DNA of 32,000 nucleotides from Akkermansia muciniphila ATCC BAA-835 (GTDB lineage Bacteria; Verrucomicrobiota; Verrucomicrobiia; Verrucomicrobiales; Akkermansiaceae): NCBI RefSeq assembly GCF_000020225.1, contig NC_010655.1, positions 750,001 to 782,000 of the forward strand, read 5' to 3'. Shown piece by piece: positions 23,602 to 32,000 of this stretch (position 1 is its first letter; each line of letters starts with the position of its first letter). The notes under the pieces were generated by a model. It saw only the letters and a program-made list of their open reading frames with translations, ran no database searches and was not told where the DNA came from. The position numbers and the translations under genes were made by a program.

Positions 23602-24744
23602 ATGTCTTCCAAAGTCTGCATGATTCTGGTCTGGTTTTTCGTCATCTGCCTTCTGGTCGTAGGCCTGGTGATGGTATCCAGCACGGCGGCGTGGGCGGAG
23701 GAAACCAAGCACCCGTATGAACCCCTGTTCAAGCAGACCGCCTTTGCCTGCGCCGGTCTGGTGGGGGCCATGATTCTCTCCCGGATAGACTACCGGATAT
23801 GGAGGAAGTATATCTGGTGGATCCTTGGGGGGGCCTGTTTTCTGCTGGTGCTGTGCTATGTGCCCGGCATCGGAAAAGAAATCAACGGGGAACGCCGCTG
23901 GATCACCATCGGCATGCAGTTCCAGCCCAGCGAATGCGCCAAGCTCTGCATGATGATGGCCCTGGCCAACTGGCTGGCCCTGTACCGGGACCGCACCACC
24001 TCTTTCTGGTGGGGTTTTGTGATGCCCGGCCTTATCTTCGGCATTCCTCTTGCCCTGATTCTTTTTGAAAAGGACATGGGCACCTCCGTAGCCCTGGCCC
24101 TGGCCGCGTTCTGCGTCATGTTTGTGGCCGGAACGCGCAAAATTTACCTGGGCGGGGCTTTCGCCCTGGCCGGAACGGCCCTGTACGTTCTGGTGCAGAG
24201 CAACGCCAACCGCCTGGAACGTTTCCTGGCCTGGAAAGACCTGGACGCCCACCGCCTGGGCGCCGGCCTCCAGCAGTACCGTGCTTCCATCGCCCTGTCC
24301 CGGGGGGGGCTGGACGGGGTGGGCCTGGGAAACAGCGCGGAAAAACACGGCACGCTTCCCTTTGCCCACACGGACTTCATTTTCGCGCCGCTGGGAGAGG
24401 AATTCGGTTTTTACGGGACCATGTTCGTCCTGCTCTGCTATTTCCTGATGACGTATGCCGGCATCGGCGTGGCCATGCAGTGCCGGGACACCTACGGACG
24501 GTTCCTGGCCGTGGGGATTGTCGCCATCATTTTCTGTCCCGCCATCCTGAACATCGCCGTGGTAACCAACGCCGTGCCCAATTCCGGCCTGCCGCTGCCC
24601 TTCATCAGCTTCGGGGGCACCAACCTGGTCTTTACGCTGGCCGCCCTGGGCATGCTCACCAGCATCCAGAGGTTTTCCACCGGCGCCCAGCCCAATTGTG
24701 AAATCACCCGCAAAGACGAACGCTCCATTGACGTAAGATTATGA
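23602..24744 (+). CDS. ftsW: SEDS-family peptidoglycan glycosyltransferase FtsW
   Basis: Polytopic ORF with RWITIGMQFQPSECAKL, FAHTDFIFAPLGEEFGF and LPLPFISFGGTN, which are FtsW/RodA signatures. Its position in the dcw cluster fits. Confidence 0.9.
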   Translation: MSSKVCMILVWFFVICLLVVGLVMVSSTAAWAEETKHPYEPLFKQTAFACAGLVGAMILSRIDYRIWRKYIWWILGGACFLLVLCYVPGIGKEINGERRWITIGMQFQPSECAKLCMMMALANWLALYRDRTTSFWWGFVMPGLIFGIPLALILFEKDMGTSVALALAAFCVMFVAGTRKIYLGGAFALAGTALYVLVQSNANRLERFLAWKDLDAHRLGAGLQQYRASIALSRGGLDGVGLGNSAEKHGTLPFAHTDFIFAPLGEEFGFYGTMFVLLCYFLMTYAGIGVAMQCRDTYGRFLAVGIVAIIFCPAILNIAVVTNAVPNSGLPLPFISFGGTNLVFTLAALGMLTSIQRFSTGAQPNCEITRKDERSIDVRL

Positions 24745-25865
24745 CTGAACCCTCTCTCAAACATCCCTCCCTGAACATCGTGATCGCCTGCGGCGGCACG
24801 GGGGGGCACCTTTTTCCCGGCATAGCCGTAGCCCAGGAACTTAAAAAGCGCGGCCACCGCGTCACGCTCCTCATCTCCCAGAAGAAAGTGGACGCCCAGG
24901 CCAGCAAAAATTACGGGGATCTTGACTTCCGCACCATTGAGGCCATCGCGATGCCCAAAATCCCATCCCTGTCCCTGCTGGGGTTCGGCGTCAGGCTGTA
25001 CAAAGCCATCCGTTTCAGCCGCCATCTTCTGGACGAGGTGGAAGCGGACGTCGTCATCGGCATGGGAGGATTCACTTCATTCCCTCCCGTTTACGCCGCC
25101 CACCGCAAGGGAATCCGCACCTACGTGCACGATTCCAACGCGCTGCCCGGAAAGGCCAACCGCATGACCGCCAAATGCTGCACGAACGTGCTGCTGGGCA
25201 TTGAGGAAGCCAGGCACTACTTCAATCCCGCCAAATGCATTGTCACCGGCACTCCGGTACGCCAGGAAATGGTGGCCCGGAAAGACAAAAACGAAGCCAG
25301 GGCGGAGCTCAACCTGCCCCAGGACCGCCGCGTGGCCCTGGTAATGGGCGGTTCCCAGGGGGCCAGGAATCTGAATTCCCTAGTCATTGAAGCCGCCCGG
25401 CAATGCGCAGACCTGTGCGACTTTCTCATCATCACCGGCTCCGCGGACTTTGCACGCGTCAGCCAGCTGACGGCGGACATGCCCCACGTGCACGTCATTG
25501 AATTCTGTTCCGCCATGGCTGCCGCTTATGCCGCAGCGGATGTGGTCATTTCCCGTTCCGGGGCGTCCAGCCTTACGGAACTGGCCCATATGGGGAAGGC
25601 CGCCCTGCTGGTTCCCTACCCCTTCGCCGCAGACGATCACCAGGCACACAACGCACGCGTTTTCGCGGCCCACGGCGCGGCGCGCATGATGCGTGAAAAC
25701 ACCCTCACGCCGGACGATATTGCGGCTTTCCTGAATGAAGTACTCAAGGATTCCTCCCTGCTGGCCTCCATGAATGAATGTGCTTTACGTCTGGACATGC
25801 CTGATGCAGTATCCCGCATCGCCAATGTCATTGAACATACGGACCATGCAGCCTCCCATGATTGA
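24741..25865 (+). CDS. murG: UDP-GlcNAc:lipid I GlcNAc transferase
   Basis: Motifs read are IACGGTGGHLFPGIAVAQEL, GMGGFTSFP, MGGSQGA, SRSGASSLTELA and DDHQAHNA. The start overlaps the ftsW stop (ATGA). Confidence 0.92.
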   Translation: MTEPSLKHPSLNIVIACGGTGGHLFPGIAVAQELKKRGHRVTLLISQKKVDAQASKNYGDLDFRTIEAIAMPKIPSLSLLGFGVRLYKAIRFSRHLLDEVEADVVIGMGGFTSFPPVYAAHRKGIRTYVHDSNALPGKANRMTAKCCTNVLLGIEEARHYFNPAKCIVTGTPVRQEMVARKDKNEARAELNLPQDRRVALVMGGSQGARNLNSLVIEAARQCADLCDFLIITGSADFARVSQLTADMPHVHVIEFCSAMAAAYAAADVVISRSGASSLTELAHMGKAALLVPYPFAADDHQAHNARVFAAHGAARMMRENTLTPDDIAAFLNEVLKDSSLLASMNECALRLDMPDAVSRIANVIEHTDHAASHD

Positions 25866-28155
25866 AACCTTACGCAAAAGACTGACAGACAGGGAACACC
25901 CGGCACGCCTACATCTCATCGGGGTAGCCGGGTCAGGCATGTCCGGCCTGGCGCTCATGCTGATGGAAATGGGGCACCGGGTGAGCGGCTGCGACCGGGT
26001 GACCAGCGCAGAGACCGAACGGCTTCAAAGCCTGGGGCTGTCTTTCTCCTGCCCGCATTCCGCAGACGCCGTTTCCGATGCGGAAATTGTCATTTATTCC
26101 AGTGCCATCCGGGCGGACAATCCGGCCCTGGCGGCAGCACGCAAGCTGAATATTCCCTGCATGCGCCGCGCGGAATGCCTGGCAGCCATCCTGAACGGGA
26201 AGAAAGGGGTCGTGGTCTCCGGTACGCATGGAAAAACCACTACTTCAGCCCTCTGCGCGCACCTGATGAGGGAAGGCCGCATGCGTCCGTGCCACTACGT
26301 GGGGGCGGAAATCCCCGTGCTGGGAACCAACGCCCACTGGAATGAAGACAGCGAATACCTGGTGGCGGAAGGGGATGAAAGCGACGGCACGCTGGTAAAT
26401 TACATTCCGGAGCACAGCATCGTCCTCAACATTGAACCGGAACACCTGGACCACTACAAGGATCTGGATGAAATCAAGGCCGTGTTCGACCGGCTTTGCT
26501 CCCAGACGCGCGGCAAGATTATTTATTGCCGCGCGCATCCCGGCGCTGAGGATGTCTGCGCCAAGTACCCCAATTCCGTTTCCTACGGCTGGTCCGATGC
26601 GGACTACACCGCTACGGACGTGCTGGAACGCCGCGGACGCACCCTGTTCACCGTGTTGAAGGGGAAAGAGGAACTGGGCCGCGTGGAGCTGGGCATACCC
26701 GGACGCCACAATGTCCTGAATTCCCTGGCCGCGATTGCTCTGGCAACGGAACTGGGCGTGGATTTCCCGGCGGTGACGCGGGGCCTGGCCTCCTTTGCGG
26801 GAGCCAAACGGCGCTTTGAAACCAAATACCTTTCCTCCTCCATCCGGATTGTGGACGACTACGGCCACCACCCAACGGAAATAGCCGCCACGCTCCAAAC
26901 TGCCCGTTCCCTCCAGCCGAACCGCCTGGTAGTTTACTTCCAGCCGCACCGCTACACGCGCACGCAGCTTCTGGCGGATGACTTCGGCAAGGTGCTCCAG
27001 GAGGCGGACCTCGTTTTCGTAGCGGACGTGTATCCCGCCAGCGAACTGCCTATTGAAGGGGTAAGCGGGCAGACGATCATCAACGCCATGCACAGGCACG
27101 GCCCCGTGGAAACCCGTTACCTTCCCGACCTGGGCATAGCCCACCACACCATCGGCAACGCGCTGAAACCCGGAGACCTGTTCCTGACGCTGGGAGCCGG
27201 GAACGTCCATGAATGCGGCATGCGCATCGCGCGCGACCTGGCCCTGCTGGAGGATCTGGAACGCACTGCGGGCGGTTCTCTGGAAGGCAAGCTGTACGAA
27301 CCCATGTCACGCCATACGACCATGGGAGTAGGCGGATGCGCCCAGTACTGGCTGGAGCCTTCCACCTTTTCCGGAATGCAGGCGGCCGTCAACTATTGCC
27401 GGGACAGGAATATCCCCGTACACGTCATTGGCCGCGGTTCCAACATCATTGTCAGGGACGGCGGACTGCGCGGCGCCGTCATCCACCCCTCTGGGGGAGA
27501 ATTCGATGTGCTGGAAATCCAGGGGAACCGCCTCACCGCCGGAGCGGGCGTGCGGTTGAAAAAACTGGTTTCCACCGCCGTCCAGAACGGCCTTGGCGGC
27601 CTGGAATGGATGGACGGCATTCCCGGCAATGTGGGAGGAAGCCTCCGCATGAACGCCGGAGCCATGGGCATGGATATGGTCAAAAACCTCGTTTCCGTCA
27701 CCTGTCTGGATGAAGACGGGGAAATCCGCAGCCATACAAGGGAAGAATTGAACGCCCAGTACCGTTCCATTCCGGACCTGGTCCACAATTTTGTGCTTCA
27801 GGCCGTGTTTGAGGCGCAGCCCGCCCCTGCGGAAGAAATGGAGCGTCTTCTGGAGGCGGCACGGGCCAGGCGGAAGCTTTCCCAGCCCGTCGGAGCCAGC
27901 GCCGGCTGCATCTTCAAAAACCCGCCGGAAATCCCGGCAGGCAGGCTCATTGACGAACTGGGGCTGAAAGGCGCCTGCGTGGGAGACGCCTGCGTATCAG
28001 ACGTGCACGCCAATTTTATCATCAACCGGGGTCATGCCAGAGCGAGGGACATCACCATCCTGATCGACATGATCCGCAAGGAGGCCAAGGAAAACCGCGG
28101 CATCGACCTGAAATCGGAAGCCCAGGTCATCGGAGACCGGGACCCCCAGTTTTAA
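25858..28155 (+). CDS. murC-murB: Fused UDP-MurNAc:L-alanine ligase (MurC) and UDP-N-acetylenolpyruvoylglucosamine reductase (MurB)
   Basis: The N-terminal roughly 470 aa are MurC: HLIGVAGSGMSGLALML, the P-loop VSGTHGKTTTS, and DDYGHHPTEI. The C-terminal roughly 290 aa are MurB: MSRHTTMGVGGCAQYWLEP, GRGSNIIVRDGG, PGNVGGSLRMNAGAMG, SAGCIFKNP, HANFIIN. It is one uninterrupted frame. The start is trimmed to ATG 25858 (MIETLRK), and ATG 25846 is also possible. Confidence 0.85.
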   Translation: MIETLRKRLTDREHPARLHLIGVAGSGMSGLALMLMEMGHRVSGCDRVTSAETERLQSLGLSFSCPHSADAVSDAEIVIYSSAIRADNPALAAARKLNIPCMRRAECLAAILNGKKGVVVSGTHGKTTTSALCAHLMREGRMRPCHYVGAEIPVLGTNAHWNEDSEYLVAEGDESDGTLVNYIPEHSIVLNIEPEHLDHYKDLDEIKAVFDRLCSQTRGKIIYCRAHPGAEDVCAKYPNSVSYGWSDADYTATDVLERRGRTLFTVLKGKEELGRVELGIPGRHNVLNSLAAIALATELGVDFPAVTRGLASFAGAKRRFETKYLSSSIRIVDDYGHHPTEIAATLQTARSLQPNRLVVYFQPHRYTRTQLLADDFGKVLQEADLVFVADVYPASELPIEGVSGQTIINAMHRHGPVETRYLPDLGIAHHTIGNALKPGDLFLTLGAGNVHECGMRIARDLALLEDLERTAGGSLEGKLYEPMSRHTTMGVGGCAQYWLEPSTFSGMQAAVNYCRDRNIPVHVIGRGSNIIVRDGGLRGAVIHPSGGEFDVLEIQGNRLTAGAGVRLKKLVSTAVQNGLGGLEWMDGIPGNVGGSLRMNAGAMGMDMVKNLVSVTCLDEDGEIRSHTREELNAQYRSIPDLVHNFVLQAVFEAQPAPAEEMERLLEAARARRKLSQPVGASAGCIFKNPPEIPAGRLIDELGLKGACVGDACVSDVHANFIINRGHARARDITILIDMIRKEAKENRGIDLKSEAQVIGDRDPQF

Positions 28156-28177
28156 CCCATTCATTATTTATTCCAAT

Positions 28178-29113
28178 ATGAACACTCTCAAGCGCGACCT
28201 CAAAATCGCCCTCCTGCTCGGAGGTCCCGGGGCAGAACGGGAAGTATCCCTTGTTTCCGGCAACTCCGTTTACGACGCCCTGTGCCGGGCCGGATTCACC
28301 GATGTAACGAAGGTGGACGTGCACGGCCCGGATTTCCGGCTGCCGGAAGGCACGGAGCTGGCCTACAACATTATCCACGGCACTTTCGGTGAGGATGGAA
28401 CCCTCCAGGCCATTCTGGAAGAACGCGGCGTTCCGTACACAGGGGCCGGCTCCCGTTCCAGCGCCCTGTGCTTCAACAAGTCAGAATCCAAAAAAGTTTT
28501 TCTGGAAGCCGGAGTTCCTACGCCGCATGCGGAAATTCTGGACTGTTCCAATGGCATCGTGATGCCGTCCCTCCCCCTGCCCTTCGTCATCAAGCCTCCC
28601 TGCGAGGGTTCCAGCGTGGGCGTCCACATCGTCCGCAGGCAGGAGGATGTGCTCCCCGCCATGGAGGAAGCCGTAACCCACGGCACCACCGTATTGGTGG
28701 AAGAGTTCATTCAAGGCAAGGAACTGACGGTCGGCATTCTGGACGGGAAAGCCCTTCCCGTTATTCATATCTGCCCCCGTTCCGGCTTCTATGACCTGAG
28801 CAACAAATACCCGTGGATGAATATGGGCGGCGGCACGGATTATATTTGCCCGGCGGATCTTCCGGAAGAAACCGCCGCCAACGTGCAGGAGGCGGCCCTG
28901 AAAGCCTACAAGGCCGCCGGCGTGGAAGTGTATGGCCGCGTGGACGTACTGCTGCGCGAGGAAGACGGCGCCCCCTTCGTGCTGGAAATCAACACCATTC
29001 CCGGCATGACCCCTTCCAGCCTGCTTCCCAAGGCGGCGGCGGCCTCCGGATGGCCCTATGAAGACCTCTGCGAAAAAATAGCGGAATTATCGCTAGCCAC
29101 CCCCCGTAAATAA
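28178..29113 (+). CDS. ddl: D-alanine--D-alanine ligase
   Basis: Motifs read are KIALLLGGPGAEREVSLVSGNSV, HGTFGEDGTLQAILE, FVIKPPCEGSSVGV and LEINTIPGMTPSSLLPK, indicating an ATP-grasp Ddl. Confidence 0.9.
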   Translation: MNTLKRDLKIALLLGGPGAEREVSLVSGNSVYDALCRAGFTDVTKVDVHGPDFRLPEGTELAYNIIHGTFGEDGTLQAILEERGVPYTGAGSRSSALCFNKSESKKVFLEAGVPTPHAEILDCSNGIVMPSLPLPFVIKPPCEGSSVGVHIVRRQEDVLPAMEEAVTHGTTVLVEEFIQGKELTVGILDGKALPVIHICPRSGFYDLSNKYPWMNMGGGTDYICPADLPEETAANVQEAALKAYKAAGVEVYGRVDVLLREEDGAPFVLEINTIPGMTPSSLLPKAAAASGWPYEDLCEKIAELSLATPRK

Positions 29114-29160
29114 CGTAATATCTGACAGAGGGCGGGGAGTCGCCCCTCCCGCACCCCCCG

Positions 29161-30111
29161 ATGTCGCACAAAGCCACAACGCCAGTCCCCCGTTCCGCCA
29201 AAAGGCCGGAAATGCTTCTTCTGGAACGGGAGGCCAGAAAAGAGACCATCGAACGCAAGGGCAAAAACTACCGTTTTTGGCTCTTCCGGCGCAAGCTGTA
29301 CCACATTGTCACCATTTACGCGCTTATTTTCGGCTTAATCGGGGCTATCGTTTTTCTCTGGAAAGATTACATCCTCAAATACGACTGGCTTTCCATCGAC
29401 ACCGTCACCCTGAAAAGCAACGGCATTTTCAACTCCGAACAGGCCTTTTCCGTTATGGGCATAGGGCCGCAGGACAACATTTTTTCCATAGACGCCGCGG
29501 AGCTGGAGCAGCGCCTGAAAAAATGTCCCGCCATCCGCCGGGCTTCCGTCAAACGCCAGATATCCTCCAACCCCACGCTGCTGGTGGACATTGACGCGCG
29601 CATCCCCGTGGCCTGGATTGACTGCCCGGAACTGGGAATTCACCCGGGAGATGCCACGTACGGCGCTTTGGCAGACAAGGAAGGCGTCATCTTCCCCTGC
29701 ATGGAGCAGGTCCACATGCCTTATATCCGGGAAAAGCGCATGCCCTCCGTCACGCTCAGGCCGCCCAGTTCCGGCAAACTCAGCTACGGCGTCAGCATCC
29801 GGGAACTGGAAGCGCCCATGAAACTGATTGAACTGCTTTCCGGCACGGTAACGGAATACCTTCCCAGCATCGTCTCCATAACGACGCCCAACGACTGGTC
29901 TTTCTGTGTGCGTTTTACCAATGACTGCCAGGCTACTTTCAGCCATTACGGCCTGGAACACCAGGTGGAAAAACTGTCCCGCGCCCTCCGGCACGCACGC
30001 CAGACGCACCGCAAAATCAGTTCCATCAACCTGATTCCGGAGCACAACATTCCCGTCATCTTTGACGATTCCTACGAGGATATTCCTCTTGCGGAGCCGA
30101 TTGAAGAATAA
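29161..30111 (+). CDS. ftsQ: Cell-division protein FtsQ (POTRA domain)
   Basis: It has a basic N-terminus and one TM segment (IVTIYALIFGLIGAIVFLW). A POTRA-like segment follows: IDTVTLKSNGIFNSEQAFSVMGIGPQDNIFSIDAAELEQRLKKCPAIRRASVKRQ. It sits in the conserved position after ddl. Confidence 0.7.
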   Translation: MSHKATTPVPRSAKRPEMLLLEREARKETIERKGKNYRFWLFRRKLYHIVTIYALIFGLIGAIVFLWKDYILKYDWLSIDTVTLKSNGIFNSEQAFSVMGIGPQDNIFSIDAAELEQRLKKCPAIRRASVKRQISSNPTLLVDIDARIPVAWIDCPELGIHPGDATYGALADKEGVIFPCMEQVHMPYIREKRMPSVTLRPPSSGKLSYGVSIRELEAPMKLIELLSGTVTEYLPSIVSITTPNDWSFCVRFTNDCQATFSHYGLEHQVEKLSRALRHARQTHRKISSINLIPEHNIPVIFDDSYEDIPLAEPIEE

Positions 30112-30296
30112 CGCCGCCCAGACGTTCTCCGGAAAAGCCGTGTTCTTCTCCGACTCCAAACTTCTTTTCCGGTCTCGTTCCCCCTGCTTCCCCTAATTTC
30201 CCGCCGAACGGAACACCCGGTTTTCACAAGATTCTTCCCATGTCAGAATTCTGTTCTTTCTCAATGGGGAATGAGTCTGCGAAGACCCACAGAACA

Positions 30297-30324
30297 CTTG
30301 CCAATAAGGCTGTCCCGGTTATAC
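30297..30324 (+). promoter_or_regulatory. Candidate sigma-70 promoter of recA
   Basis: TTGCCA (30297-30302) is followed by a 16-nt spacer and TATACT (30319-30324). The ATG lies 13 nt after the -10, which implies a leader of only about 5-7 nt with no Shine-Dalgarno sequence. Confidence 0.4.
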
Positions 30325-30337
30325 TGCGCTACGATAT

Positions 30338-31378
30338 ATGAGCAACGAAACACCTTTATCCCCCGAAGCGGAAAAACTGGCGGCAGCCCGCAAGCGCAAC
30401 CTTGACCTGGCCCTCTCCCAAATCCAGAAAGACTTCGGAGAAAACGCCATTATGCGCCTTGGAGACAACGTCAAAATGGAAGTGGACGTCATTCCCACGG
30501 GCAACCTTCTGATTGACCGCGCTCTGGGTGTGGGCGGCTTTGCCCGCGGCCGCATTGTGGAAATCTACGGACCGGAATCCTCCGGTAAAACCACCCTGAC
30601 CCTGACGGCCATCGCCCAGGCCCAGAAATCCGGAGGCCTGGCTGCATTCATTGACGTGGAACACGCACTGGACCCTCAGTATGCCGCCCGCCTGGGCGTG
30701 AACCTGGACGACCTGCTGGTTTCCCAGCCAAGTTCCGGTGAAGAAGCCCTGCAAATCTGTGAGGCTCTTGTCCGCTCCAATGCCATTGACGTCATCGTGG
30801 TGGACTCCGTGGCCGCACTGGTCACCAAGCAGGAGCTGGAAGGAGAAATCGGGGATTCCACGGTAGGAGCCCAGGCCCGTTTGATGTCCGCCGCCCTCCG
30901 CAAGCTCACCAGCTTCATTTCCAAGGCCCGTACCGTCTGTATCTTCACCAACCAGATCCGTGAAAAAATCGGCGTCATGTTCGGCAATCCGGAAACCACT
31001 CCCGGCGGCCGCGCCCTGAAATTCTACGCCTCCGTACGTGTGGACATCCGCCGCATCGGCCAGATCAAGGGCAGCGACGGCGTCATAGCCGGGAACCGCA
31101 CCAAAATCAAGGTAGTCAAAAACAAAGTGGCTCCTCCCTTCACGGAATGCGAATTCGACATCATGTACAATGAAGGCATCTCCTCCGTAGGCAGCCTGCT
31201 GGATCTGGCAACGGAATATGATATCATCCAGAAGCGCGGCTCCTGGATCAGCTATAACGGCAGCCAGATCGCCCAGGGCCGCGACGCCGCCAAGGAAGCT
31301 CTCAAATCCAACCCGGAGCTGTACGCGGAAATTGAAGAACAGGTCAAGGCCAAAATGGACGAGAAGACCGCCAAATAA
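30338..31378 (+). CDS. recA: Recombinase RecA
   Basis: Walker A is [13 protein letters not shown] and Walker B is [28 protein letters not shown] and [30 protein letters not shown] are also present, so the match is unambiguous. Confidence 0.97.
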   Translation: MSNETPLSPEAEKLAAARKRNLDLALSQIQKDFGENAIMRLGDNVKMEVDVIPTGNLLIDRALGVGGFARGRIVEIYGPESSGKTTLTLTAIAQAQKSGGLAAFIDVEHALDPQYAARLGVNLDDLLVSQPSSGEEALQICEALVRSNAIDVIVVDSVAALVTKQELEGEIGDSTVGAQARLMSAALRKLTSFISKARTVCIFTNQIREKIGVMFGNPETTPGGRALKFYASVRVDIRRIGQIKGSDGVIAGNRTKIKVVKNKVAPPFTECEFDIMYNEGISSVGSLLDLATEYDIIQKRGSWISYNGSQIAQGRDAAKEALKSNPELYAEIEEQVKAKMDEKTAK

Positions 31379-31414
31379 TCCCGCCTGATCCCGTTCCTTC
31401 ACTGCCATTTCAGG

Positions 31415-31444
31415 GCGGCTCCCCTTCCCGGGAGCCGCTTTTTT
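31415..31444 (+). terminator. Rho-independent terminator of recA
   Basis: A 9-bp GC-rich stem pairs GCGGCTCCC (31415-31423) with GGGAGCCGC (31430-31438). The loop is 6 nt (cttccc) and a T6 run follows (31439-31444). It starts 37 nt after the recA stop. Confidence 0.75.
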
Positions 31445-31501
31445 CTCTCCGGAAACAGAAGCGCAAAAGAATCTTTCACGGAAACTTTTCCCTTGTGCGT
31501 C

Positions 31502-32000
31502 ATGAAAAATCCGTTAGTCTGGATGCGATATCGTCCTATGTATCCGACCTCTCGCACATCATTTGCAGCCGTGCTCGGCATTGTGGGCATGTTTCTGCTG
31601 ACGTTGTCCACGGCCTTCGGATGGAATCCGGAAATCATTAATGGAGTGCAGTATATTCCGATGTCCGAAGTGCGCACCCATTACAAACTGACCAGGGAAC
31701 GCACGGAAGGGCGGCAGAAAGTTTACGAGGTGCCGGAAAAGATTCAAATCCGTATCCAGGCGCGCAGCCAGGAGATGTTCATGAACAACATGAAGTTCGT
31801 GCTATCCTATCCTGTGGCTGACCATCCCTCCAAGGGGCTGATGGTTTCCAATATGGACCTGCACAAAATCATTGACCCGGTTCTGCGCCCCACTTACATC
31901 GCCAACCGCCGCAGTTTCAACACAGTAGTCATTGATCCCGGCCACGGCGGCCATGACAGCGGCACGCGTAACCGCATCAGCAGGGAAGCGGACATCAACC
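31502..32000 (+). CDS. N-acetylmuramoyl-L-alanine amidase (Amidase_3, AmiA/B/C-type), 5' fragment running off the window
   Basis: The frame is open from ATG 31502 to the window end, so it has no stop and is absent from the ORF track. It has a signal-like segment FAAVLGIVGMFLLTLSTAFG. VVIDPGHGGHDSGT is the zinc-binding opening motif of Amidase_3. ATG 31523 and ATG 31538 are alternative starts. Confidence 0.7.
   Translation, partial: MKNPLVWMRYRPMYPTSRTSFAAVLGIVGMFLLTLSTAFGWNPEIINGVQYIPMSEVRTHYKLTRERTEGRQKVYEVPEKIQIRIQARSQEMFMNNMKFVLSYPVADHPSKGLMVSNMDLHKIIDPVLRPTYIANRRSFNTVVIDPGHGGHDSGTRNRISREADIN

Noticed and set aside
29131-29152. A GC-rich imperfect hairpin (GGGAG/CTCCC with alternative GGGG/CCCC pairing) in the ddl-ftsQ spacer, considered as an internal terminator or attenuator.
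   Set aside because: The stem is only 4-5 contiguous bp and no U-tract follows (the next bases are acccccc). It lies inside a tightly linked operon.
30129-30172. A 9-bp inverted repeat CCGGAAAAG ... CTTTTCCGG after ftsQ, considered as the dcw operon terminator.
   Set aside because: The loop is 26 nt, the stem is A/U-rich and no T-run follows. It is not a convincing intrinsic terminator, and I cannot evaluate it energetically without folding software.
30112-30337. A possible SOS (LexA) box, and the 10-bp palindrome CAGAATTCTG (30244-30253), upstream of recA.
   Set aside because: No full match to the gamma-proteobacterial, Gram-positive or TGTTC-N4-GAACA type boxes was found. Only half-sites about 30 nt apart are present. 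The short palindrome contains an EcoRI site and is within chance expectation.
1-32000. A whole-window search for tRNA or rRNA genes, CRISPR repeats, IS elements, integrases, toxin-antitoxin pairs or known defence-system genes.
   Set aside because: I found no T-loop (GGTTCGAATCC-like) or cloverleaf candidates in the intergenic regions, no regularly spaced direct repeats, and no transposase, integrase or nuclease-helicase type ORFs. The only transposase-like signal is the degenerate HUH-like motif inside the rsmH 5' region, which is reported as a finding.

Overview
This is a chromosomal segment of about 55-60% GC. Its proteins look verrucomicrobial, probably Akkermansia-like. That call rests on a PEP-CTERM tail, a MurC-MurB fusion and my recollection of these families, and I ran no search. 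The window has three blocks. (1) 16-7449 is a tightly packed surface-glycan modification cassette. It holds two GT4 glycosyltransferases, a hexapeptide-repeat acetyltransferase, an AT3 membrane acyltransferase and an exported SGNH hydrolase. miaA follows, then a convergent GT-C-type membrane glycosyltransferase with an AT-rich, motif-rich upstream region. (2) 7836-12745 holds the translationally coupled tRNA-U34 modification genes mnmA and mnmE. It also holds an A/T-richer gene for an IdeS/Mac-1 (peptidase C66)-like cysteine protease with a PEP-CTERM anchor, a TRIC/UPF0126 channel protein and an MBL-fold hydrolase. (3) 12902-30111 is a complete same-strand dcw cluster: mraZ, rsmH, ftsL, ftsI, murE, murF, mraY, murD, a LysM protein, ftsW, murG, murC-murB, ddl, ftsQ. 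recA (with promoter and terminator) and the 5' end of an Amidase_3 gene follow it. I saw no rRNA, tRNA, CRISPR array, IS element or integrase. The main second-look items are listed here. (a) An A8 tract sits exactly in the AT3/SGNH overlap, and losing one A would fuse the two ORFs into an OafA/OatA-type protein. (b) The IdeS-like PEP-CTERM protease. (c) RsmH carries a roughly 215-aa N-terminal extension that resembles a degenerate HUH/Y1 (IS200/RayT-like) domain. (d) A bitopic Pro-rich LysM protein inside the dcw cluster has FtsN-like architecture. (e) AGTGTA-like boxes phased at 10-11 bp lie on the mraZ promoter. (f) A twice-occurring palindromic operator-like motif and an SD-preceded 49-50 codon upstream ORF lie ahead of the GT-C gene. 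(g) The dcw cluster ends at ftsQ with no ftsA-ftsZ. All functional calls come from reading motifs by eye and need HMM or BLAST confirmation.
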